Shown: piece by piece, positions 10,398-20,349 of the stretch
How the letters are laid out: each line of letters starts with the position of its first letter
Position numbering within the stretch: the stretch's first letter is position 1
Virus record (IMG/VR): IMGVR_UViG_3300016476_000342
Span: 1 to 49,509 of that record
DNA length: 49,509 nt
Reading direction: 5' to 3' (one strand)
DNA from: a virus
Taxonomy: Duplodnaviria > Caudoviricetes
Translations under genes and position numbers: made by a program
The notes under the pieces: generated by a model
The model's input: the letters and a program-made list of their open reading frames with translations, nothing else
Databases searched by the model: none
Told to the model about the DNA's origin: nothing

Positions 10398-10405
10398 TAT
10401 TTATC
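10398..10405 (-). promoter_or_regulatory. Late promoter GATAAATA
   Basis: Intergenic, 27 nt upstream of ATG 10371. Confidence 0.6.
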
Positions 10406-10415
10406 TTTTTTGAAA

Positions 10416-10646
10416 TCAAGATCTAGAAGAAATCAATTGCATAAGCATCTGTTTGATTTCGCAAAGTTCACCTTTGATACAATTAATTTCTTCTTGTTGT
10501 CTTTGAATTTCTTCTTGCTTAGTCTTTTCTGCTATACGCTTTCTTTTAAGATTTTCAAACTCAATAGTGTTTACATTAATGACTGCTCCTGTGGAGATGT
10601 CTCTAACTAAACTATCAGCATTTTCAATTTTAGCGTACATGATCAA
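10416..10646 (-). CDS. Hypothetical coiled-coil protein
   Basis: LVRDISTGAVIN motif plus coiled coil; overlaps the upstream stop. Confidence 0.6.
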   Translation of the reverse strand: MIMYAKIENADSLVRDISTGAVINVNTIEFENLKRKRIAEKTKQEEIQRQQEEINCIKGELCEIKQMLMQLISSRS

Positions 10647-11434
10647 CCTGCATTAAGTTGTGCTTTTAACTCATTAATCTGTTGCTGTTGTGATTCAACA
10701 ATTTCTTTGAGTTCTTTAATAGCAGAAGTTAACGTTGCAACTACAAAACTGGTATCAACGTTTTGATACACTGGGTTTCCTTCTGCGTCTACCTGATCCT
10801 TTTGACCTGTAACTGCATCAGGAATCAAAGCTTGAAGTTCATGCGCAATAAAACCTTGACTTGGAGAACCATCGTGAACCCAATCAAATGTAACTGGATT
10901 CATATAAGAAACCGTAGCTAAACCACCTGTCATTGGTTTAACGTTAGTCTTAAGTCTATGGTCAGAAGTAGTTCCATACGTAGTGGTAGTACCATTAGTT
11001 GAAATAGTTCCAACTGCGGTGCCTCCACTATAAAACACCATTAGGTTGCCAGTACTTCCATTTCTTCTAAGCTCCATTACATTAGTGTTGGCTGTAATAG
11101 AAGTGTTACCGCTGATATAATCATATTGTAGACCAATCTGAGAAGTATCACTGGTAGACTTTGTGAAGTACACATAGTTATTGACTCTAACAATACCACT
11201 AAATGTGTTAGTCACCGCATTCGAAGTAGAGTTTATCCCAGCAACTTCAATTCTTGCAGACGCATCTCTTCTAACAACTGTGTTTGCATTTGCAGAAAAG
11301 GTTGCTAAAACACCACCAGTCTGTGTGAACTCAGTACACTCAACTTTAGCATTGTTTAATGATGTAAAATTTCCATCAACCTGAGCGTTTGATAGCGGGT
11401 AAAGAGAACTTTCTCTAAGGGTTATACTTGCCAT
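10643..11434 (-). CDS. Short fibre with peptidase S74 chaperone
   Basis: SDHRLKTN...NPVTFDW...GFIAHELQ..IPDAVTG; N-terminal PLS..QVDGNF..LN. Confidence 0.85.
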   Translation of the reverse strand: MASITLRESSLYPLSNAQVDGNFTSLNNAKVECTEFTQTGGVLATFSANANTVVRRDASARIEVAGINSTSNAVTNTFSGIVRVNNYVYFTKSTSDTSQIGLQYDYISGNTSITANTNVMELRRNGSTGNLMVFYSGGTAVGTISTNGTTTTYGTTSDHRLKTNVKPMTGGLATVSYMNPVTFDWVHDGSPSQGFIAHELQALIPDAVTGQKDQVDAEGNPVYQNVDTSFVVATLTSAIKELKEIVESQQQQINELKAQLNAG

Positions 11435-11443
11435 TTTGTGTCC

Positions 11444-14400
11444 TTAACTACATGCAATGATTCTTAGATCTCTGATCTGAGGAACCGCAGAACTATTCTT
11501 TGATTTCATTACAATCTTAACTTGGAATCCATCAAACACTCTTAGACCATCAGCAAGATAGTTTATATCATAGAACTGCTTGTCTTCTAAGCTGGTCTTT
11601 ACCATAGAAGAACCACTTTCCAAATTCATCACTGTCCAAGGGATTTGATCAAATATAGTTTCTTCACCAATAGGATCAATCTTGTAATAAACTTGTACGT
11701 CTGCATCTCCAGGGATATTTGCTGCAAACTTAAGTTTTAACAACATAGTATCATCAGACTTAATGCCTGATGGTAGTTGTAATCTTACAATCTTAGAAAC
11801 ATATTTATTTAGTGTGCTGCTTCCGGTTGGAGCAACTTCATCGACAAAGAATTCTCTTTGTACGATAGTAACACTAGCACCAGCTGATTCTGCTGTAAAT
11901 GTATTCTGCATAGTAACGTTGAAGCTACCATCTGAACTAGATGTAAACATATTCGTAACAAGGAATGTTCCATTGTTAGCTGCGTTTGTAGCACCAGAGA
12001 TAGTTACATACTTACCAATGTCAATGGTCTTTAATAGATTGATAGTTGATGTATTTGCAGACGCACACTTAATACCAGTCGAAATAAACTGAATAGTTGT
12101 ATTAGAACTTAGAATCGTGTTGTAATCTAGGTTAGCAACGTTAAACGATGCTTCTTCAGGATAATTGACTAAGTTAGAAGTCAACATCATAGATGTTCTA
12201 TGAGTGTCAATCACAGGAGAAACTGCATCATTTGTAGATGACATTAGAACATTAAGTCTTACTGTAGAAACAGAAGAGTTGTCTAAAGAAGCAACCATCT
12301 GAGGAGCATTGAAGTAATTATTATCGTTGATAATAACATCGTTCGTGTTTGTAAGTATTGTAGTAGGTACAAAAGTGCTATCGATAGAAGTTCCATTGCT
12401 AGTTGTAATACTACTTCTTACGCTAGTTTGAGCAAATTCTTGAATAGCAATATTTGGCTGAGCAATATCATACATTACGTTGTATGTAGAACTTACTGCA
12501 TTTCCACCATTGTATCCAGAAGAAGTAGCGTTTGTAGTTGTGTCAACAACAAAACTATCAACTTCAACACTACTTACAGTATGGGTCTTAAATACTTCAA
12601 CTGCAGGAATACCATTTACAGGTTTAGCAAACTTATATGCTGTACCAGTTACAGTAATTGCTGCGCCTGAACCTGCTAAAGTTAATGCAGTGTTACTTGC
12701 TACAGTAGCAATAGTGCCAATATATCTGTTATCACGAGTGTATAGCGCAATACCTGCAGCTGCAGTTCCAGAACCAAGTTCTGTCAAGAACTGGGTGTTA
12801 ACTCCAGTTACATTAGTTGCATTACTGTTAACACTAATTTCTCCTCTTCCAATCGTATCAGAAGAAACACTTACCTTAGCATTTGGATACAATCCATGTG
12901 CTTTTTGCCATACTCTTATCTTGTTTACACCAGAAGTAGTTTGGAATGGGTTTGTTTCCAACTGAACCGAAGGTAGAGTAGTATTAATGAATTCTACGTT
13001 AGCAACAGTGTTAGTATCAAACTTGCATCTATAGATAACAAACTTCATATCACGCGATTGATCTGCAGTCCATGTAGATCCATTCTGTGACTTGAAGAGT
13101 ACACCAGCGTATGGTTGTTCAGAAATAGTTCTAGTTGTACCAGGAATTGTATCACCTAGTTGACTTACCCAAACCTTATAGTTATTAGAATCAGATACGA
13201 GAACTAATGCATATTCCTGATTATGTTCAACATAAACCGGAGATCTGAATGTGAACGTAGTTGGTGTATCGTATGAATACTCTGTAGAACCATCAGCAAG
13301 TTCTACTCTAGAAGAAGAAATATTGACCTGACTTGGTTTTAGAGTAGTCTTAGAGAATGGTAAGATTCTCTTTCCAGGATAACCATTCACAACTTCTCTG
13401 ATTTCTAAACTTACTGGAAGTTTAGAATCCTTAGAAGCAAAGAAGATGTCTACCTTAGATAGGAATGCTCCTCCAGGAGAATCAACAAGGAACGTTTGAG
13501 CAAGTGGATCGTACCATCCAGTATCAGATACAACTCTTTCAGAAGTCTGAGTAATTGTACGATTGTCTGAAACCTGTTGTTGTACGATCTCAGCATTTCT
13601 TACAGCATTTACACTAGCTTGTTTTGTCTGTAAGACACCATTCGATGCAAATGTAGCAACACTTCGAGAAGTAGAAGTTCCTGTGTATGAATCAGAATCA
13701 ATTAGCTTGAACTCTTTTGCACCGGTTCTGAATAGTGGGTGTGTATAAACTACCTGAGTTTCTCTTACAACCTGTTGACCAGATGGAATCCAGAACAGGA
13801 AGTTAAGATCACCAACTTCGTTAGAAACTAGAGGACCTGGTGCATATGCATTTGCAGAAGAAGCTGTAATCACGCCGGTTGCACCAGTGATACTGCCGAT
13901 GATATTTCCAGTTGGGAACACATCATCAGTTGGTAGACCACTCTTCTTAATGTTAGTTACATGAAGTTTTCTAATACCAGTTTCAGAAGAATACTCTGTT
14001 CCAATTACAACAGCAGTGTATGCACCACTTGTAATAACATCACCGACCGATAGACATGTCTTACCAGTTGTGTCTCCCCATAGTGCTTCATGGTTGAAGT
14101 CGATTCTTCTTGCAGCAGAGTCAACATCTTTACCAGCGTTAATAGTATCAGTAAAGTCTACTGCACTAGTTAGAGAATACGTTAAAATTGATGCAGGAGA
14201 TGCCCATCCACCAATGTTTACACCGTCTAGGTATGGCCAGAAACGAGTATTTGGCTTAAGTCCTTTTGCTTGAACTAGAACTTGTCTAGATCTCATGTAT
14301 GGAATAATAGAAGTAGAAATTACTCTATCATTCACGATTTCTTTGTCAATTCTTTCAACTAAAGAAGTTCTTAGACCAGTTCTAGTTTGATTGCTAGAAG

Positions 14401-17400
14401 TTGCAAAAACTTCAGTTCTAACATCTCTTATTGGACTCCATGAAGTGGTATCGTCAAACCATGACAGAGTACCAACCATACGTTCTGTTCTAGATGATAT
14501 GGTTTGAGGCTGTCCAGACCACGTGGTTTGCCATGAATTCCATACAGTGCCAAGTATATTTGACTTTTCGGCGATGGCTTTCATAGTTTCATAATTACCA
14601 ACAACATTCGTAACAATGTCTGGTAATCTATTTTCTTCAAACCAGTCATCTGAAGAAGGAGTTAACGCTGAAGAACCAACGAAGGTAAAGATTGCAAATG
14701 GGTTAACGGAGTCAACACGAGAAGCATATCGCTGACTTACTAGTTCAACATCTGCAACCACAGGTAGTGTAATTACGTCACCATATAGTTTGTAACCAGA
14801 TCCTTTTCTATCTGAATCGTTGTTCTTACTTTCAACGATAGAAATTGATTTAGTAGTAAATGTAGGACGAAGTACAGATGAATCTGGGTCAATAGAACAG
14901 TTGTAATCTGGAGATGATGCATCACCAACATCGTGAGACGTAAAGTTGTCTACGATAAATCCATTCTTGAATCTTTCAAAGCCTTGCGAATCAGTGATGA
15001 TCAGTGACTTTGTATCTTGTTCAAGTAAAGACAGAGAAGTGTAGTATTCTAGATTTTCAATTCTCTTTTCTAGTTTACCAATATCACGCATTGTGTATCT
15101 GCGGTTATCAATAAACTGCACGCTAACATCAGACGCAGTAGTGCTAAAGGTGTATGGAGCGTAAGTTGTCTTGTATAGAATTAAAGATAGTTCTGGATCT
15201 CTTGGTTCAGCAGGAGAAATTGCTGGTGCACCAGTAACTGCAAAGAACTTTCCAGAAATATCGATTGCTAATTTATCTTTTCTAGCTAAGTAGAAACTAT
15301 AACTTGCACTGATGTCTTGACCACGTTTAATGGTGTATGAAGTTCCATTATACTCAGTCTGATTAACTTTAGTAGGTCTAAAGTCAATATAGTCTGCAAG
15401 GGAAGTACCATTGAATGATGGGATGTCTTTTCTCATATCGGAAGGATATGAAGAAATAGTGAAGTAGTCACCATCACCATGTTGGAAGTATTGATAGATT
15501 ACTTGAATTGGAGCACTTGGTGCTGAATACGATGGTTTTAGCACTAGACTTGAAAGGTCGTATGAGAACATTGTTTGTCCATCATCTAACTCAAATCTAT
15601 CAGTAATGTCAATCGTATAATTACCAGTAGGCGAAGCAAATGTACCAGTATCCATCTTAATAGAAATGATTCTGATAACGTCTGGCTTAGACAAAGTAAT
15701 TCTTGAAATAGTAGCAGCAGCCTGTGTCGTAAACGTATCTGGTGAAGCAGTGTTGTCTAATAGGGTTTTAGTTCTTTGACGCGAACCTACTACCTTCACT
15801 GTAGCCATTACGTAGTACTGCGTGTTGTTTGCTAATCCGCTGATAGTAATAGTGGAACTAGTGCCTGCATTAGAGAAAGTCAATCCTGATAGATCAACAG
15901 ATTCACCGGTTGTACCATGTACAACAATGTAGTTGTCATACTCGTCTGTACTTGCAAAAATAGCACCATCGCCAGTGTTCAAGCTGATTACACCGCTTGC
16001 ATTAGATGTTGGTGAGTAGTATCTCATTGTGTAATACTGAATAGTATTAACACGAGTACCATTTGGTCCATCAGTTGTAAATGACTCTAAAGCATTTCCA
16101 GAAACTTGGAATATCAATTCACGCTTATCAGGTTCCTGGATCTTAGTTCTAATAACTTTAATTGTAGAACCAGATGCAGTTGACGATGCGTTAAGCGTAG
16201 CAGAAGTCTGCGAAGCAATCGCAGTTACTTTTCTTACATCACCATTTGAGAACAGAATCCAATCATTTACACGTAGATCTGTTTGGAATGACGTACCAAC
16301 ACCAGTAAGGGTTGTACTGCTTACACTTCCAGAACCAATGATGTTTTCATAGATACTTGTTACGTCTGCGGTAAATTCAATTCCACTTGCTCTTAGATAA
16401 TAGAAAGATTTGACGTCTTTGTCAAATTCTTTTCCATTGATCATAGTGATATTTCTAATGAACAACTTATAAACTGATGAAGTTGCAGGAGTTTTTACAT
16501 CATGCCATTCGATACCACGAATTTCGCAAGTACCAATCTTTGTTCCAACAGGTGTTCCTCTACCAGCACTTAGTGTAGGAGAATCATACAGATCTACAAC
16601 GGCAAACGTAGTTTCGCCGGCTAATCCTTGGAATCCACTAGGTGGTAGACCAAACAGATTGTTTACTAATACATAGTTACCAAGCGATGTTGGAATAGTA
16701 CCATTGTTAATCTGCGCTGTGCTTCTTGCCTTTGAAACTTCAATGTAGTCCGTAGCAACTTTTTCAATTTCATAACCTTGGACATATGCTTTACCTGGCT
16801 CAATACCAACTGCAAGTTTTGCTTCCATTTGGTTATTGCCAGCAATGCTCGTCACAGACAGTTGTTCAGGAGTATACAATCCTCTGTTTACTGAAGGATT
16901 AGTAGTAAACTCCCACTTAACATAAGACGAGTCACCAACAATACCACTTGTGTGAGTAGGAGCAACGGTACTAGCAGTACCACTATTAACTGCTACATAA
17001 TAATTGCTAGCATTTAGTACAACGTCGCCTTTTAGGTAAACTCTACCAGATACCCATTGTCCACGATCATTGTTTCTGTATTCTCTGATGTCTAACTTAA
17101 AGTTATTGACTGTGTAGTTGCCTGATTCATCGTACGTTCTACGAGCAAGAGTCTTTTCAAGTTCAGAATATTCTGTCTTGTTTTTGATTCGGATGATTTT
17201 ACCAGCATCAACTTTTGCTAGTTCAATGAAGTTTTCGTCTGACTCTGAGTCAAATGGTAACTTAGTTAGAACTAGATCAATAGAATATCTGTCTGCACCT
17301 GGAGCAGTATAGTTACTATAACCAGTCGCGTTGTCGTTTAATGATACGTCGTCAGCAGAAGTAACAATAATCTCATTTACTTGCAGACCAATTCTAGCAG

Positions 17401-17998
17401 AAGGAGTTGCGTTATACTTTTCTAAAGGAATAGTTTGGGCATCTAAAACTACGTAGTAGCCATTGATATAGTATACACCCTTTTCAACGGAAGCAATAGA
17501 ACCAATTCCTGTTGCACTGCTAGAAGCAATACCTACTGAATATGCAGCAATATCCGCATCAATAGGTGTTAAAGTTTCGCCATCAGAAAATGACTTAGTT
17601 GTATAATCAGAAGTGCTAGATGTTTTGTACTTTACAAATAGTGTAGGTGGTTCAGTCAGAGTAGACTTAGAAACTGCTACAACTAAAGCAGTAATACTAC
17701 CATCGCTTACGTCTCTACCTACTAAATTTTCAATGTAAGTGTCAACATACACATTGTTTGTGATTGCATTTAACTTAACATAAGCAATGTTGGTATCAAT
17801 AGAAACTTGACCAGGAATAATCATGGAACCATTCTTAAAGAAATGGTCACCATTCTTCTTAATTTGGTTTTGGATGATGGACTGAATCTGTGTCAGTTCT
17901 CTTGCCTGAACTGGATAACCCGGTCTGAACAAAATCTTATGAAATTTTTTGTTCTCGTCAAAATCATCATAATATGGTTCTGTGTTAAAATCTAACAT
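11444..17998 (-). CDS. Large virion structural protein (DUF4815/VrlC-like)
   Basis: FNTEPYYDDFD...LFRPG.PVQARELTQ.Q start, GFIVDNF, DPLAQTF, P.IRDLRIIA end. Confidence 0.85.
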   Translation of the reverse strand: MLDFNTEPYYDDFDENKKFHKILFRPGYPVQARELTQIQSIIQNQIKKNGDHFFKNGSMIIPGQVSIDTNIAYVKLNAITNNVYVDTYIENLVGRDVSDGSITALVVAVSKSTLTEPPTLFVKYKTSSTSDYTTKSFSDGETLTPIDADIAAYSVGIASSSATGIGSIASVEKGVYYINGYYVVLDAQTIPLEKYNATPSARIGLQVNEIIVTSADDVSLNDNATGYSNYTAPGADRYSIDLVLTKLPFDSESDENFIELAKVDAGKIIRIKNKTEYSELEKTLARRTYDESGNYTVNNFKLDIREYRNNDRGQWVSGRVYLKGDVVLNASNYYVAVNSGTASTVAPTHTSGIVGDSSYVKWEFTTNPSVNRGLYTPEQLSVTSIAGNNQMEAKLAVGIEPGKAYVQGYEIEKVATDYIEVSKARSTAQINNGTIPTSLGNYVLVNNLFGLPPSGFQGLAGETTFAVVDLYDSPTLSAGRGTPVGTKIGTCEIRGIEWHDVKTPATSSVYKLFIRNITMINGKEFDKDVKSFYYLRASGIEFTADVTSIYENIIGSGSVSSTTLTGVGTSFQTDLRVNDWILFSNGDVRKVTAIASQTSATLNASSTASGSTIKVIRTKIQEPDKRELIFQVSGNALESFTTDGPNGTRVNTIQYYTMRYYSPTSNASGVISLNTGDGAIFASTDEYDNYIVVHGTTGESVDLSGLTFSNAGTSSTITISGLANNTQYYVMATVKVVGSRQRTKTLLDNTASPDTFTTQAAATISRITLSKPDVIRIISIKMDTGTFASPTGNYTIDITDRFELDDGQTMFSYDLSSLVLKPSYSAPSAPIQVIYQYFQHGDGDYFTISSYPSDMRKDIPSFNGTSLADYIDFRPTKVNQTEYNGTSYTIKRGQDISASYSFYLARKDKLAIDISGKFFAVTGAPAISPAEPRDPELSLILYKTTYAPYTFSTTASDVSVQFIDNRRYTMRDIGKLEKRIENLEYYTSLSLLEQDTKSLIITDSQGFERFKNGFIVDNFTSHDVGDASSPDYNCSIDPDSSVLRPTFTTKSISIVESKNNDSDRKGSGYKLYGDVITLPVVADVELVSQRYASRVDSVNPFAIFTFVGSSALTPSSDDWFEENRLPDIVTNVVGNYETMKAIAEKSNILGTVWNSWQTTWSGQPQTISSRTERMVGTLSWFDDTTSWSPIRDVRTEVFATSSNQTRTGLRTSLVERIDKEIVNDRVISTSIIPYMRSRQVLVQAKGLKPNTRFWPYLDGVNIGGWASPASILTYSLTSAVDFTDTINAGKDVDSAARRIDFNHEALWGDTTGKTCLSVGDVITSGAYTAVVIGTEYSSETGIRKLHVTNIKKSGLPTDDVFPTGNIIGSITGATGVITASSANAYAPGPLVSNEVGDLNFLFWIPSGQQVVRETQVVYTHPLFRTGAKEFKLIDSDSYTGTSTSRSVATFASNGVLQTKQASVNAVRNAEIVQQQVSDNRTITQTSERVVSDTGWYDPLAQTFLVDSPGGAFLSKVDIFFASKDSKLPVSLEIREVVNGYPGKRILPFSKTTLKPSQVNISSSRVELADGSTEYSYDTPTTFTFRSPVYVEHNQEYALVLVSDSNNYKVWVSQLGDTIPGTTRTISEQPYAGVLFKSQNGSTWTADQSRDMKFVIYRCKFDTNTVANVEFINTTLPSVQLETNPFQTTSGVNKIRVWQKAHGLYPNAKVSVSSDTIGRGEISVNSNATNVTGVNTQFLTELGSGTAAAGIALYTRDNRYIGTIATVASNTALTLAGSGAAITVTGTAYKFAKPVNGIPAVEVFKTHTVSSVEVDSFVVDTTTNATSSGYNGGNAVSSTYNVMYDIAQPNIAIQEFAQTSVRSSITTSNGTSIDSTFVPTTILTNTNDVIINDNNYFNAPQMVASLDNSSVSTVRLNVLMSSTNDAVSPVIDTHRTSMMLTSNLVNYPEEASFNVANLDYNTILSSNTTIQFISTGIKCASANTSTINLLKTIDIGKYVTISGATNAANNGTFLVTNMFTSSSDGSFNVTMQNTFTAESAGASVTIVQREFFVDEVAPTGSSTLNKYVSKIVRLQLPSGIKSDDTMLLKLKFAANIPGDADVQVYYKIDPIGEETIFDQIPWTVMNLESGSSMVKTSLEDKQFYDINYLADGLRVFDGFQVKIVMKSKNSSAVPQIRDLRIIACS

Positions 17999-18015
17999 GT
18001 TCTATTGTCCTACTC

Positions 18016-19905
18016 TTAAAATGTTAAGACTGTTTTTATGTATCTCGAATCAAATCCAACGGTGTTAACGTCAGGAATGACTACCAAACTAGTGTTCTGT
18101 GTATAAATTATTTCTCCAGAGTATTTATCAATATCTGGCTGAATAACTTCAATAGAATTGAAAGTAGAGAATAATGTTGTGCTATTAGGAGCATACGTCG
18201 AATAGCTTACATTTGGAAGTGCTTCATAGTCGTTTAAACTCAATGCCAATATAGTATCACTGTCATACCACTTAGTTTGATTGAATGGTAACAAGTAAAA
18301 ACGCTTCTTTGGATCGTTTTGCATTAGAATGTTAAAGTTGGTAGTTATAGGTCCACCACTAGTAATTTGCCAACAGTTCAAACCAGTTTGAGCAGTGTAT
18401 AGTTCATTTGAATTATACTTAGTTGGGTTTCTAATAATTCCAACGTTAAAGAATGTTCCTGCTGCAGTATGACCTGAGAAATATTCGCCTAAATTTCTAT
18501 TCCATTGAGTAGAGAACATTATAGAATTGCACATCATATCTCTATGTGGATACGTGCCAAACCCATCAATAGGACCTACCACCGCTCTTGCAGTAGCACC
18601 CGCACCAGAACCATTTGTTGAAACTATTTCTACAATAGCAGTTCTATAAAAACTACCAGGTGCTGTAACGTTAATTCTAGAAATTCTACCATTTGTTACT
18701 ACGGCCGTGGCTGTTGCACCTGTTCCAGTTCCATATATGTTAACCTGTACATTTCCACTGGTATAACCATATCCTCCAGATACAACCTGAATACTAGCAA
18801 CAATTCCATTTACTGCTACCGTTGTAGAAGGAAGTACTGGTGTAGCCATCCACTGTGTTGTTATGAAATCTGTTCTCGAGCTTTTTGGAATTGTTCCAAT
18901 GTACTGCCAAATATATCCATCACTAGTAGTAAAAGGTAGTGGTGATTCTGGTGTTGCTGTGTTTGAAGGGTTTACAGTAGAAACTGTGCTACCACCATTG
19001 TTACCTAAGCACAAATACACTCTATAGTTAGTCGTATCTCCTAGGACAAAAAATCTAGCATTCTTAAGATTTCTTGCATAGTTAGGTGCAACTCCAACAG
19101 TAACTACACCAACTGCTGTTGCAGCGTTAGAAGCATCACCAACATAACTAAATGTTAAAGCAGGCGCAGAAGTATAACCATAGCCTTTACAACAAAGAGG
19201 AAGAGAAACTATCTTGTTATTAACAATTCCACCATTTGCCGTAGTTGGTTGAACTACGGTTGCTCTAGTTCCAACGTATCGATAAACTACTGGTGATGAT
19301 AGCGCGTTTGAAGTAACATCACCATTTCCATGAATAGGAGCCGAAGTACCAAGATTAGTACCAGATACTACCAAGTAGTAGTTTGTTACGGAATACTCGA
19401 TTCTTTGAGCTTCTGTTAAAGAACCATCACTGCCAGAATAATTCTTAACTGTATGTGAAATGTATGACCCGACAGCAGTCGTTCCACCACTAACCCAGGT
19501 CGTTGCACCTACGACAGGTGGTGCAACGGTTACAATCGCTGATGTACCATAATTAGCACCACCACTAGTTAGATCTATACCTTGAAGTTCTGTACTATAA
19601 GAATCATCGTATCTATCATATACAGTATTAGTTGACCATACTCTATAAGGAACAACCATTCTAATGTCAGACGCGGCTATCTTTTTAATAGCCGCCATGT
19701 TGTTTCTGATGTTTCTTTCAGCGTTCCACGAATCTGATGGAGGTGGAAAACTATTTCCAGGAGCGTTTAGTCTATTAAGAATGAAACGAGGAGTTTCAAC
19801 TTGGCCAAGAAACTGATAAAAATTACCAGTACCATTAGCAATGTCATTGTAAATAGATTCTACAAGAGATCTACCAAAAGATGAGTTTACTAGATATGAT
19901 GACAT
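18016..19905 (-). CDS. gp8: Baseplate wedge subunit gp8-like, with insertions
   Basis: W...TVYDRYD, RVYLCL.NN, DGYIWQY, DKYSGEIIY motifs; synteny. Confidence 0.75.
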   Translation of the reverse strand: MSSYLVNSSFGRSLVESIYNDIANGTGNFYQFLGQVETPRFILNRLNAPGNSFPPPSDSWNAERNIRNNMAAIKKIAASDIRMVVPYRVWSTNTVYDRYDDSYSTELQGIDLTSGGANYGTSAIVTVAPPVVGATTWVSGGTTAVGSYISHTVKNYSGSDGSLTEAQRIEYSVTNYYLVVSGTNLGTSAPIHGNGDVTSNALSSPVVYRYVGTRATVVQPTTANGGIVNNKIVSLPLCCKGYGYTSAPALTFSYVGDASNAATAVGVVTVGVAPNYARNLKNARFFVLGDTTNYRVYLCLGNNGGSTVSTVNPSNTATPESPLPFTTSDGYIWQYIGTIPKSSRTDFITTQWMATPVLPSTTVAVNGIVASIQVVSGGYGYTSGNVQVNIYGTGTGATATAVVTNGRISRINVTAPGSFYRTAIVEIVSTNGSGAGATARAVVGPIDGFGTYPHRDMMCNSIMFSTQWNRNLGEYFSGHTAAGTFFNVGIIRNPTKYNSNELYTAQTGLNCWQITSGGPITTNFNILMQNDPKKRFYLLPFNQTKWYDSDTILALSLNDYEALPNVSYSTYAPNSTTLFSTFNSIEVIQPDIDKYSGEIIYTQNTSLVVIPDVNTVGFDSRYIKTVLTF

Positions 19906-19906
19906 A

Positions 19907-20344
19907 TTAATTTATTGTAATTGACCAAATGATAACTCTAACTTCCCCAGCTACAACATCTGAAGGGTAAAATGTAGCTCTACTAAACATAGTGCCACCA
20001 TTGGTGTTATTAAAAACTCCCATTTCAGATATAGTCGTATTAGAACTAAAATTGAATGTAGCGCTTAATGTAATAACGTTTCCGTTAGCCGAAGCATTGT
20101 TGATAAGTGATCGTTGTGTTTCTGCTTGTAAAGCAGTGTCGGATAATGCAGGAGTTCTAGTGCCAGTTCCCAAAGCAATATAGCCTATGCTATTAGACCC
20201 ACTTGAAATTAATCTAGAAGCAATTAAGTTTCTTCCAGATGTTACTACTAAATTCTTTATATGCTGATGCGAAACCAGTTTTCCATCGATATATGAAAAC
20301 ATATCGATTTCGCCTTTTAGATCTAGGGTTGTTTGTTCGTTCAT
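19907..20344 (-). CDS. Baseplate/tail-associated protein
   Basis: NLVVTSGR...IALGTG...DTAL..E...ISEMGVF...G.MFSR pattern of fibre N-terminal-like domains. Confidence 0.6.
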   Translation of the reverse strand: MNEQTTLDLKGEIDMFSYIDGKLVSHQHIKNLVVTSGRNLIASRLISSGSNSIGYIALGTGTRTPALSDTALQAETQRSLINNASANGNVITLSATFNFSSNTTISEMGVFNNTNGGTMFSRATFYPSDVVAGEVRVIIWSITIN

Positions 20345-20349
20345 TGTGA